Virus record (IMG/VR): IMGVR_UViG_3300045988_132810
Location: 1 to 64,000 of that record
Origin: a virus
Direction: 5' to 3' (one strand)
DNA: 64,000 nucleotides
The notes under the pieces were generated by a model that saw only the letters and a list, made by a program, of their open reading frames with translations, did not search any database and was not told the DNA's origin. Positions 15,854 through 23,235 of the stretch are shown piece by piece. Within the stretch, counting starts at the first letter, position 1. Each line of letters starts with the position of its first letter. The translations under genes were made by a program, and so were the position numbers.

Positions 15854-15943
15854 GAGAGCGTAACTCAGTTGGTAGAGTTTTATAGCGTGAAGGGATATGC
15901 TATTGAATACCCTTAGTCGCCAGTTCGAGTCTGGCCGCTCTCA
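15854..15943 (+). ncRNA. 90-nt tRNA-like gene with the anticodon arm replaced by a possible pseudoknot
   Basis: Canonical acceptor GAGAGCG/CGCTCTC, D arm ACTC-AGTTGGTA-GAGT, T arm GCCAG-TTCGAGT-CTGGC. The 38-nt centre has interleaved pairings ATAGC/GCTAT and AAGGG/CCCTT. Confidence 0.5.
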
Positions 15944-15970
15944 TTAAAATATATATTAGGAGAAATAGTT

Positions 15971-16225
15971 ATGGCAATTAAAATAATTAGTCAAGGAAAA
16001 GATTTTGATAATCCTATATTTACCCAGCGATGCCCTAAATGCGATTGCGTATTTACCTATCAGAATGAAGATGTTCATAGAGAGCCTACTGGTAGATATT
16101 ATAGAGATTTTGAAGAGTATTTTATTAAAATGGACGATTGCGACAGACAAGAAATTGCAGTATCTATTGAATGTCCTTGGTGCCATAAAAAGATTCATGT
16201 AAAAGATGAATATAAAAAAATATGA
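15971..16225 (+). CDS. small zinc-ribbon protein inside the tRNA array
   Basis: 84 aa after AGGAG RBS; CPKCDC...CPWCH. Confidence 0.55.
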   Translation: MAIKIISQGKDFDNPIFTQRCPKCDCVFTYQNEDVHREPTGRYYRDFEEYFIKMDDCDRQEIAVSIECPWCHKKIHVKDEYKKI

Positions 16226-16349
16226 AAGATGTAATTGCTCAATTTTAATGGAGTATTGCATGCAATAGAATTTATGGATGAATGTTATCGTCCGACAAGT
16301 TAATTGGTTCTTGTCGAAGTCAAAAACCATTATTTTATATAACTAGTAT

Positions 16350-16424
16350 GGGCCTGTAATTCAATAGTAGAATATACGCCTTTTAAGCGTACTACGGACG
16401 GAGCGTAACCGCCCAGACCCACCA
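16350..16424 (+). tRNA. tRNA-Lys(UUU): tRNA-Lys(UUU), CCA encoded
   Basis: Acceptor GGGCCTG/CAGACCC (one C-A mismatch), D arm ATTC..GAAT, anticodon arm TACGC-CTTTTAA-GCGTA, T arm GG(A)CGG-AGCGTAA-CCGCC (atypical). Confidence 0.7.
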
Positions 16425-16520
16425 TTTATTCTCTGTAATTTAGTCCACTTGACTCCGGTACAATCTTCTGCTCTGTTCCCTGTTTATGCAGGTTAGATGA
16501 ATAAAGACAGAGCTATTTAT

Positions 16521-16596
16521 GGCTGGCGGGAGGTTGGCATCTCAACTTGGCTCATAACCAAGCTCAATTCAGTTCGATTCTGAAGCTCAGCAACCA
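16521..16596 (+). tRNA. tRNA-(CAU): second CAU-anticodon tRNA, paralogue of 14025..14099, imperfect acceptor
   Basis: 5' half is identical to the first copy (GCTGGCGGGAGGTTGGCATCTCAA). Good anticodon arm CTTGG-CTCATAA-CCAAG and T arm TTCAG-TTCGATT-CTGAA. The acceptor has a 1-72 mismatch and a bulged C. Confidence 0.55.
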
Positions 16597-16599
16597 AAT

Positions 16600-16673
16600 A
16601 GCGGATTAGTGTAATAGTAGCACGACAGACTTTGGATCTGTAGGTAGGGGAGCATAGCCTCTATCCGCTGCCA
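16600..16673 (+). tRNA. tRNA-Gln(UUG): tRNA-Gln(UUG), CCA encoded
   Basis: Acceptor AGCGGAT/ATCCGCT, anticodon arm ACAGA-CTTTGGA-TCTGT, T arm AGGGG-AGCATAG-CCTCT (atypical loop), G-CCA. Confidence 0.75.
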
Positions 16674-16704
16674 TGTAAATATTAATTTTTAGGAGGAATA
16701 TATT

Positions 16705-16830
16705 ATGAACACAAGAACTGCACTACATTATGAGAATCGTATTGCGAAGCTAAAGGCCAAGAGTGAAGTTGTAAATGCAAACCTGATTAATAAAGCACAG
16801 AGGGAGCTTAACAAGCTGACACAAAAGTAA
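16705..16830 (+). CDS. 41-aa hypothetical protein between tRNA genes
   Basis: ATG 16705 8 nt after AGGAGG; MNTRTALHYENRIAKLKAKSEVVNANLINKAQRELNKLTQK; below the ORF-track length cutoff. Confidence 0.45.
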   Translation: MNTRTALHYENRIAKLKAKSEVVNANLINKAQRELNKLTQK

Positions 16831-16836
16831 GAATAT

Positions 16837-16911
16837 GCGGTAGTAGCTCAATGGTAGAGCATCAGATTTCCAATCTGATTGTTGCGAGATCGTGCCTCGT
16901 CTACCGCTCCA
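16837..16911 (+). tRNA. tRNA-Gly(UCC): tRNA-Gly(UCC), CCA encoded
   Basis: Acceptor GCGGTAG/CTACCGC, D arm GCTC..GAGC, anticodon arm TCAGA-TTTCCAA-TCTGA, T arm GCGAG-ATCGTGC-CTCGT (atypical loop). Confidence 0.8.
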
Positions 16912-16942
16912 TTGGCGTTGACCATTATTGGCAGCGACCATA

Positions 16943-16977
16943 GGGGGCCTAGAGCTTTCTAGGCTCCCATTTTTTTG
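16943..16977 (+). terminator. rho-independent terminator closing the tRNA array
   Basis: GGGGGCCTAGA..TCTAGGCTCCC hairpin followed by TTTTTTT. Confidence 0.8.
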
Positions 16978-16991
16978 TGCAATTTGCACAA

Positions 16992-17020
16992 TTGACAAAA
17001 CGAAAATATATGATATGATA
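16992..17020 (+). promoter_or_regulatory. sigma-70-type promoter
   Basis: TTGACA-16/17 nt-TATGAT/ATGATA. Confidence 0.5.
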
Positions 17021-17033
17021 ACGATAGATTGAA

Positions 17034-17049
17034 CAATACAAAATTATTG
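17034..17049 (+). promoter_or_regulatory. conserved intergenic motif copy (CAATACAAAATTATTG)
   Basis: 11 nt upstream of ATG 17061. Confidence 0.6.
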
Positions 17050-17060
17050 CGAGGTAAAAA

Positions 17061-17696
17061 ATGAATAAGATTAAAAAACTACTTATCATTGTTGGTCTTA
17101 TTATTTTAATTTTATTTTCAATTTCGATTAATGATGGTAAGAATATGAACAGCAAACAACCTTTGAAAGAAATGCCCATAGAATGTACAGCGACACCGGC
17201 ACTAGAAGAAATGCCTGTCATGGATCCAGAGGATGAACTTATTACATATGAAGAAGTTGCAGAAGTGGTTGCTGAAGATCAACCAGATATGTTTTCCGCA
17301 CCACAGACACAATATTCTGAAAGTGACTTAATGCTTTTAGCAAAAGTAATATATGCAGAGGCAGGAAGTGATTTTCTGTCAGATGAGTGGAAGATGTGTG
17401 TTGGCGAGGTCGTGTTAAATCGTGTTGCATCTCCTGAGTTTCCTAATACGATTACTGATGTTGTTTATCAGCCCGGACAATATCATAGAGCACGAAGTGG
17501 ATATATTGCCAGTTTAATTCCGAGTGAGCGATGCATTGATGTTGCACAAAGGCTATTGAATGGAGAGCGAATTATGGAGCCTTCGGTTGTTTTCCAAGCG
17601 AATTTTAAGCAGGGTAGTGGAGTTTATAAGGCGCTATATGATAGCCATCTTGGATGGACATATTTCTGTTATTCTAGTAATATGAGTTTGTATTAA
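17061..17696 (+). CDS. SleB/CwlJ-type cell wall hydrolase with N-terminal signal-anchor
   Basis: N-terminal LLIIVGLIILILFSISI; LLAKVIYAEAGSDFLSDEWKMCVGEVVLNRVASPEFPNTITDVVYQPGQY matches the Hydrolase_2 pattern. Confidence 0.7.
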   Translation: MNKIKKLLIIVGLIILILFSISINDGKNMNSKQPLKEMPIECTATPALEEMPVMDPEDELITYEEVAEVVAEDQPDMFSAPQTQYSESDLMLLAKVIYAEAGSDFLSDEWKMCVGEVVLNRVASPEFPNTITDVVYQPGQYHRARSGYIASLIPSERCIDVAQRLLNGERIMEPSVVFQANFKQGSGVYKALYDSHLGWTYFCYSSNMSLY

Positions 17697-17708
17697 GGGG
17701 AAGGTTAA

Positions 17709-17882
17709 ATGAGATACATAAAAATGAGTGTATTAGCTAATAAGCTGAATGCACGTGGCGGAGAACAAATTAGCAAAAATCTAGTTAATTACTGGTTTAG
17801 CACACTAGGGTATGATGTTAATCCAGAGCAAGCAGAAGATAACAAAAATACAAATAACAACAAAGGAGAAGAAAAACAATGA
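17709..17882 (+). CDS. 57-aa hypothetical protein
   Basis: ATG 17709 after GGGGAAGG; stop overlaps the next start (ATGA). Confidence 0.4.
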   Translation: MRYIKMSVLANKLNARGGEQISKNLVNYWFSTLGYDVNPEQAEDNKNTNNNKGEEKQ

Positions 17883-18298
17883 ACAACAATGACATGTCAA
17901 CAGCGCTGCGCAATCAGATTGAAACTATTCGCCGCAAGAGATGGTGCTCTGAAAATGAGTGTAGAAAATGCAAGAATTCTTTTTGGTGCAATATGTGTCG
18001 GCTACTAGCTTCTGCGGCAAACTATATTGATGATATGAATGAGCAGCTTCGTGCACAGGAGAAAATGGCAAAGGATACTTGTGATCTACTTACACGTCAG
18101 CTACTGGAGGCGACAAACGCGGCAGATGCCATGCGAGAAGACGTTGTTGACCTTGCTAATGATCTTCAGCTCGGACATGTTTGCGAGACTTGTAGCAGAA
18201 GAGAAAATTGTCTCAAGAATAAGACGGGTTGGCTGTCAAACAAGCAGTGCGTTGATTGGGAATATAAGAAGTTTGTTACTGATGTGGTGGACAATTGA
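17879..18298 (+). CDS. hypothetical Cys-rich coiled-coil protein
   Basis: 139-aa ORF after AAAGGAG RBS. Confidence 0.55.
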   Translation: MNNNDMSTALRNQIETIRRKRWCSENECRKCKNSFWCNMCRLLASAANYIDDMNEQLRAQEKMAKDTCDLLTRQLLEATNAADAMREDVVDLANDLQLGHVCETCSRRENCLKNKTGWLSNKQCVDWEYKKFVTDVVDN

Positions 18299-18299
18299 G

Positions 18300-18464
18300 A
18301 TGGATGAGCTAAAACCCTGTCCTTTTTGTGGGAATGCGCCCAATATGCGAATTACTGGATATGGAGCAGTATATGTGAGATGTCCTAACTGCGGAGTTGA
18401 AACACCTTATTATCAGAATGTTGAACTCGCAACACTTAAATGGAATATGAGAATTGAGTGTTGA
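18300..18464 (+). CDS. Lar-family-like small zinc-ribbon protein (possible restriction alleviation)
   Basis: ATG 18300; MDELKPCPFCGN...RCPNCG matches the LKPCPFCG-type N-terminus of the Lar family. Confidence 0.5.
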   Translation: MDELKPCPFCGNAPNMRITGYGAVYVRCPNCGVETPYYQNVELATLKWNMRIEC

Positions 18465-18489
18465 CAATACGAAATTATAGTGTTACAAT
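18461..18489 (+). promoter_or_regulatory. sigma-70-type promoter embedding a motif variant
   Basis: TTGACA-ATACGAAATTATAGTGT-TACAAT. Confidence 0.65.
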
Positions 18490-18524
18490 TGCTTATGATA
18501 AAACAAGTAAGGAGTTGTAACACT

Positions 18525-18686
18525 ATGAAAATGAAAAAATACATAATTATATACAAGGATAGAGGAAAACACAAATGGGCTGAATCAGACAGCTTAGAGA
18601 TACTACAAAGCATTTTTAGTAAATGTAGTTGGATTAAAGAATACAAAATTATTGACACATCAAATTTTAAGGAGGTAATGGATTAA
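18525..18686 (+). CDS. hypothetical small protein
   Basis: ATG 18525 after AAGGAG; contains an in-coding copy of the motif (18640-18654). Confidence 0.45.
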   Translation: MKMKKYIIIYKDRGKHKWAESDSLEILQSIFSKCSWIKEYKIIDTSNFKEVMD

Positions 18687-18688
18687 AA

Positions 18689-18907
18689 ATGGATTACAAT
18701 AATCTAGACAAGCAGTCCTATGAAAAGGGCTATAACGATGGTAAGCAAGATGCAGCATATGAGATTATCACTAAGATGAGATATCTTAATTATAATATTA
18801 TTGGCTCACTTGGATATGAAAATGTAGAGGATTATCCTGATTATTTGATGGTGTTTCTTGAAGGCATTGCAAAAGAATATGATGTAGAAGAAGACGAGGT
18901 GCATTAA
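18689..18907 (+). CDS. hypothetical protein
   Basis: 72-aa ORF after AAGGAGG RBS. Confidence 0.55.
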   Translation: MDYNNLDKQSYEKGYNDGKQDAAYEIITKMRYLNYNIIGSLGYENVEDYPDYLMVFLEGIAKEYDVEEDEVH

Positions 18908-18909
18908 TT

Positions 18910-20013
18910 ATGATTTACCTAGATAACGCTGCTACATCTCCAATTTGTGAAGCCGCAAAGAATATTATCCTTGACAATCTTGACGAATATTACAATCCAA
19001 ACAGTTCATATGAGGATGCTCGTGGAGTAAAGATTAAGGTCGAGGAAGCACGTGAAAAGATTGCGGCACTAATTGGAGCACAACCTGACGAGATTTACTT
19101 TACTTCTGGTGGATCTGAAGCAAATTCATGGGTTTCAAATCATGATTTTACACTAGCATCTAACATTGAGCATCATTCTATTGATCCAGACTATAAATTC
19201 AAGGTCGATTATAGAGGAATGGTTGATATAGAGAAATTTGAAAAAAGAGTAAATGAATTGCAGAATAATTATTTCGGTATTAGTCCGGGTATTGCTTCAT
19301 GTATGATGGTAAATAATGAACTTGGAGTTATTGAGCCAATTGAAGAACTAGCAAAGATTGCTCATGATAATCATATGTTGTTCCATACAGATGCAGTTCA
19401 GGCATTCCCTCATATGAAAATTAATGTAGAAGAGCTTGGCGTAGATATGTTGTCATGCTCTGCTCATAAGTTTGGTGGGATTAAAGGATGCGGATTCCTT
19501 TATATCAAAGATGGAATTCATATTCATCCTTTAATTAATGGTGGAAGCCAAGAAAGAGGAATCAGAGGTGGCACAACTAATGTCCTTGGTGTCTTGGCTA
19601 TGGCTGCTGCGCTAGAAGATACGACAACCCATATGAATGGAAATAATGCAAAAATTGCACGTTTATCCAAGAAGATTAAGGATAATTTATTGAATGTAAA
19701 AGGTGTCACAATTAATGGGGCAACAGATAAAAAGCAGTATTTAGACAGTATTTTGAACTTTAGAATTGATGGTGTACATGGTTCAGATGTTGTTGCGATG
19801 GCTGACGAATTTGGGATTGCTATTAGTGCTGGTTCAGCTTGCAATGAAGGTGATGCCATTCCATCTCATGTGCTAAAAGCAATTGGTTTGTCTGACGAAG
19901 AGGCACTAAGTAGCATTCGTGTATCTCTTGGAAGATATAATACAGAAGAAGAAATTGATTATGCTTGTGTGATTCTTCCAAAGGTCATTGAAAGATTGAG
20001 ATCACTTAATTGA
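18910..20013 (+). CDS. cysteine desulfurase (class V aminotransferase, NifS/IscS-like)
   Basis: IYLDNAATSP N-terminus; PLP-lysine context SAHKFGGIKGCGFLYIK; 367 aa. Confidence 0.85.
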   Translation: MIYLDNAATSPICEAAKNIILDNLDEYYNPNSSYEDARGVKIKVEEAREKIAALIGAQPDEIYFTSGGSEANSWVSNHDFTLASNIEHHSIDPDYKFKVDYRGMVDIEKFEKRVNELQNNYFGISPGIASCMMVNNELGVIEPIEELAKIAHDNHMLFHTDAVQAFPHMKINVEELGVDMLSCSAHKFGGIKGCGFLYIKDGIHIHPLINGGSQERGIRGGTTNVLGVLAMAAALEDTTTHMNGNNAKIARLSKKIKDNLLNVKGVTINGATDKKQYLDSILNFRIDGVHGSDVVAMADEFGIAISAGSACNEGDAIPSHVLKAIGLSDEEALSSIRVSLGRYNTEEEIDYACVILPKVIERLRSLN

Positions 20014-20029
20014 TAGTACAAAATTATAG
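20014..20029 (+). promoter_or_regulatory. conserved intergenic motif copy (TAGTACAAAATTATAG)
   Basis: Starts 1 nt after the desulfurase stop codon; 14 nt upstream of ATG 20044. Confidence 0.6.
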
Positions 20030-20043
20030 AAAGGATTTAATAA

Positions 20044-21207
20044 ATGATTATCAATAATAAAAGAGCGCTTGCATACATCCAGCATGTAACCAACATTCGT
20101 CCTATTGATGGTGCAGATAATATTGAACAGTGTAATGTACTTGGATGGAATCTCATTTGTAAGAAGGGTGAATTCCATGAAGGCGATCCTTGTGTTTATA
20201 TTGAGATTGACTCAAAAGTCCCTGAGAGAGAGGAATTTGAATTCCTTCGTGCAAAAGGTTTTAAGGTCAAGACAATGAAGCTTGGTAAGTTTAATTGTAT
20301 CAGTCAGGGCCTTGCCATGCCACAGTCTGCATTTAAAGAGTTGGCAGGGCTTTCAGAGGGGACGGATGTAACCGACATTCTTGGAATTAAGTATTCCGTA
20401 CAAGAGGACAATGCTCGTAAGAGCAATGGCGATCCTAATGCAAAATATAAATCTATGGCCGCTCGTCACCAGAAAATCTTTAAAAAGAAGTGGGCACGTT
20501 GGATGATGCGTCGTTCTTGGGGGCGTAAGGTTATGTTTTTCTTCTTCGGCAAGAAGAAGGATAACCCTCGTGGTTTTCCTTCATTTGTTTCAAAGACAGA
20601 TGAAGAGCGTGTAGAAAATCAGCCTTGGCGTATTAGTGATGGCAAGACTTATATTGCTACAGAAAAGCTAGATGGCACTTCTTGTACTTATGCACTTGAA
20701 CGAAAAGGGCGTAATAAGTTTGAATTTTATGTTTGTTCTCGTAATGTAAGACAGCAGGACGAGAAGCAAGAGTGTTACCATGACCATAACATCTATTGGG
20801 ATTTGGCGTTCAAGTACAATATCGAACAGCATTTGAAGGATATCCTGAATCAATTTCCTAAGCTTAAATGGGTATGCATTCAAGGCGAGGGCGTAGGCTC
20901 TGTTCAGGGCAATCCACTGAAGCTCAAGGAAGATGATTTATATGTTTTTAACTTTAAAGATTCTGAAAGGGGAAGATATAATTCTATTATTGGTAGAGCT
21001 ATTATTGAAAAGATGGGCATGAAATGGGTTCCCATTCTTGGAAAAGTTCAAATGCCAAACACTATGGAGGAACTTAAGGCGCTTGCAACTGGCAAGTCCA
21101 AGGTGAATCCAGATGTAATGCGTGAAGGTATTGTGTACCGTTCTTTGGATGGTAGTGATAGTTTCAAAAATGTCAGCCGCGAGTATTTGCTAAAACATAA
21201 TAATTAA
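20044..21207 (+). CDS. RNA ligase, DRB0094 (Rnl5)-like: N-terminal OB-like domain plus nucleotidyltransferase domain
   Basis: Adenylylation motif I ATEKLDGTS; N-terminal IDGADNIE..VLGW..GEF..GD..VYIEID pattern typical of this family. Confidence 0.75.
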   Translation: MIINNKRALAYIQHVTNIRPIDGADNIEQCNVLGWNLICKKGEFHEGDPCVYIEIDSKVPEREEFEFLRAKGFKVKTMKLGKFNCISQGLAMPQSAFKELAGLSEGTDVTDILGIKYSVQEDNARKSNGDPNAKYKSMAARHQKIFKKKWARWMMRRSWGRKVMFFFFGKKKDNPRGFPSFVSKTDEERVENQPWRISDGKTYIATEKLDGTSCTYALERKGRNKFEFYVCSRNVRQQDEKQECYHDHNIYWDLAFKYNIEQHLKDILNQFPKLKWVCIQGEGVGSVQGNPLKLKEDDLYVFNFKDSERGRYNSIIGRAIIEKMGMKWVPILGKVQMPNTMEELKALATGKSKVNPDVMREGIVYRSLDGSDSFKNVSREYLLKHNN

Positions 21208-21218
21208 AGGAGAATGAG

Positions 21219-21461
21219 ATGAAAGATTGTATTGAATTAATTGTTGGATTTATCATCTGGTGCATTATTAAACCTATCATTATTTTCGGTGCTGGTTGGT
21301 TTGGCGGTTGGATCCTGATGAATATTGTTGGTGGCGCAGTTGCAACTGGACTGAATACTTTGTTTGAAACTACTAGATTTATGCCAGACATAATTCCTGT
21401 TGTGTGCGGTACATTAGCGGTTATTGGAAATTTTTTTAAGACGACTGTAAGTAAAGAGTGA
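21219..21461 (+). CDS. small integral membrane protein
   Basis: 80 aa, three hydrophobic segments; AAGGAG RBS. Confidence 0.55.
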   Translation: MKDCIELIVGFIIWCIIKPIIIFGAGWFGGWILMNIVGGAVATGLNTLFETTRFMPDIIPVVCGTLAVIGNFFKTTVSKE

Positions 21462-21468
21462 GAATATA

Positions 21469-22284
21469 ATGAACTATCATTCAGATAATTGGATAATGGA
21501 CGGTGTTCGAGAGCATTATAACGAAGCTCTCGAATACTTTCCAGAAGATAGAATTGTGGGAATCTTCTATCAAGGTAGTGGTAATTATGGACTTGATTAT
21601 GAAGAGTCAGATGTTGATACTAAACTTATTGTAGCGCCGACATTTAAGGATATTGCAATGAACAAAAATCCCGTTAGTACAACTCATATTCGAACCAATG
21701 ATGAGCATACAGATTGGAAGGATATTAGACTTTATATCCAGACATTTAGGAAGCAAAATTTAAACTTCTTAGAAATCTTGTTCACTCCTTATAAAATCAT
21801 CAATCCCATGTATGAAAATCAATGGAATAGACTTATTAATGCCAGAGAAGATATTGCACATTATTCTCCAGTTCAAGCAATTAAGTCTATGCGAGGTATT
21901 GCTAAAGAAAAGTATTTTGCAATGGAGCATCATTATCCATCTCGTATGAAATTGATTAATAAGTTTGGATATGATCCGAAACAACTACATCATCTATTGC
22001 GAGTAGAGGAGTATATTGCAAGATATATCAATCATGTGCCATATGAAAAATGTTTGATTTCTGAAAGTCCAGAATATTTAGTAGAGGTCAAGAAAGGCTT
22101 ATATAATCTAGAAGACGCACGAGCACACGCTAATGACGCGATCGACCATATTGATTTACTATGTAATGATTTCTTAAAAAATGAATACACAGTGGATGCA
22201 AAAATTGATGAGCTGTTAAATAGCGTACAGTACGAGATTATGAAGATTGCAATTAAGAAAGAGATCGGTGATGAAAATGAATAG
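21469..22284 (+). CDS. Pol-beta superfamily nucleotidyltransferase (RNA-ligase-associated type)
   Basis: GSGNYGLDYEESDVDTK (G-S...D-x-D NTase motif); position next to the RNA ligase and kinase-HD genes. Confidence 0.65.
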   Translation: MNYHSDNWIMDGVREHYNEALEYFPEDRIVGIFYQGSGNYGLDYEESDVDTKLIVAPTFKDIAMNKNPVSTTHIRTNDEHTDWKDIRLYIQTFRKQNLNFLEILFTPYKIINPMYENQWNRLINAREDIAHYSPVQAIKSMRGIAKEKYFAMEHHYPSRMKLINKFGYDPKQLHHLLRVEEYIARYINHVPYEKCLISESPEYLVEVKKGLYNLEDARAHANDAIDHIDLLCNDFLKNEYTVDAKIDELLNSVQYEIMKIAIKKEIGDENE

Positions 22285-23158
22285 ACCAACTTTGATATTA
22301 CTTGTCGGGCCACCCGGCGCAGGAAAGACTACATATGCTGAAAAATATATCTCACAGCATGATAATACAGTTTATTTAAGCTCAGATGAAATCCGCAAAG
22401 AAATGTGGGGAAATGAAGCTATTCAGGGCGATAACAGTGAAATATTTAGTAGAATGCAGGCTAGGGCAGTTGATGGTTTGAATTTCGGCTATGATGTCAT
22501 TTATGACGCAACAAATATGACACGCAAGGATAGAGCAGGAATCATTTCAGTTTGTCCAAAGGTTGCTAAGATCGAATGTCATATTATCTGGGCCACAATT
22601 GAAACTTGTATTGAAAGAGATACTGCAAGAAAGCGTACAGTTGGTAAAGAAGTTATTGACAGAATGCTAAAGCGTTTTCACGCTCCTTATTATGATGAGG
22701 GGATTGACGAGATTAAGGTGATTGTGCCAAACAATTTTAATCATCAAAAATACATAGACGATTCTATGAATGCAATGAAGATCTCACATGACAATCCACA
22801 TCATACTTTAGACATTTACAATCATTGTGAGTCGGCATATAAGTATACTGTAAGTAACGATATGTGTGATAATACTATTGCACTTGCAGCATCCTTTCAC
22901 GATATTGGTAAACCATATGTCAAAACATTCATTGATGCAAAAGGTGAACCGAGTGATACTGCACACTACTATGGTCATCAATGCGTTGGAGCATGGATGG
23001 TATATGGTCTTGTTGTAGATAACATTAGAGTAGATATTGCTTGGCTTGTAAGCACTCATATGGCACCATTTCTTAATGAAAAGTATTATAGGAATTTGCC
23101 ATCATATTTAAAAACGTCTGTAGCTTTGCTTCATGAGGCAGACGTAGCGGCGCATTGA
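22271..23158 (+). CDS. P-loop polynucleotide-kinase-like domain fused to HD phosphohydrolase domain
   Basis: ATG 22271 overlaps the upstream gene by 14 nt; LVGPPGAGKTT Walker A; C-terminal FHDIGKP...HEAD HD signature. Confidence 0.7.
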   Translation: MKMNRPTLILLVGPPGAGKTTYAEKYISQHDNTVYLSSDEIRKEMWGNEAIQGDNSEIFSRMQARAVDGLNFGYDVIYDATNMTRKDRAGIISVCPKVAKIECHIIWATIETCIERDTARKRTVGKEVIDRMLKRFHAPYYDEGIDEIKVIVPNNFNHQKYIDDSMNAMKISHDNPHHTLDIYNHCESAYKYTVSNDMCDNTIALAASFHDIGKPYVKTFIDAKGEPSDTAHYYGHQCVGAWMVYGLVVDNIRVDIAWLVSTHMAPFLNEKYYRNLPSYLKTSVALLHEADVAAH

Positions 23159-23178
23159 TAAAATATTAAATTAACCTC

Positions 23179-23207
23179 TTGACAATACAAAATTATTGAC
23201 ATATAAT
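23179..23207 (+). promoter_or_regulatory. sigma-70-type promoter embedding the motif
   Basis: TTGACA-ATACAAAATTATTGACA-TATAAT. Confidence 0.75.
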
Positions 23208-23235
23208 GTCCACATAGAAAGGAGAGTGAATATTT

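Noticed and set aside
13806-15943. tmRNA or Y-RNA identity for X1/X2 and the expanded tRNA-like genes
   Set aside because: None has a G3-U70 alanine identity pair, a tag-peptide ORF with a resume codon, or the tmRNA size. X1 and X2 lack the T-arm-containing tRNA-like module of bacterial YrlA. This remains unproven without model searches.
12233-16940. Hammerhead (CUGANGA...GAAA) or other small self-cleaving ribozyme cores in the inter-tRNA spacers
   Set aside because: Only partial matches were seen by eye (for example CUGGUGA, CUGAAAA), and none had the full conserved core and helices. A covariance-model scan is still needed.
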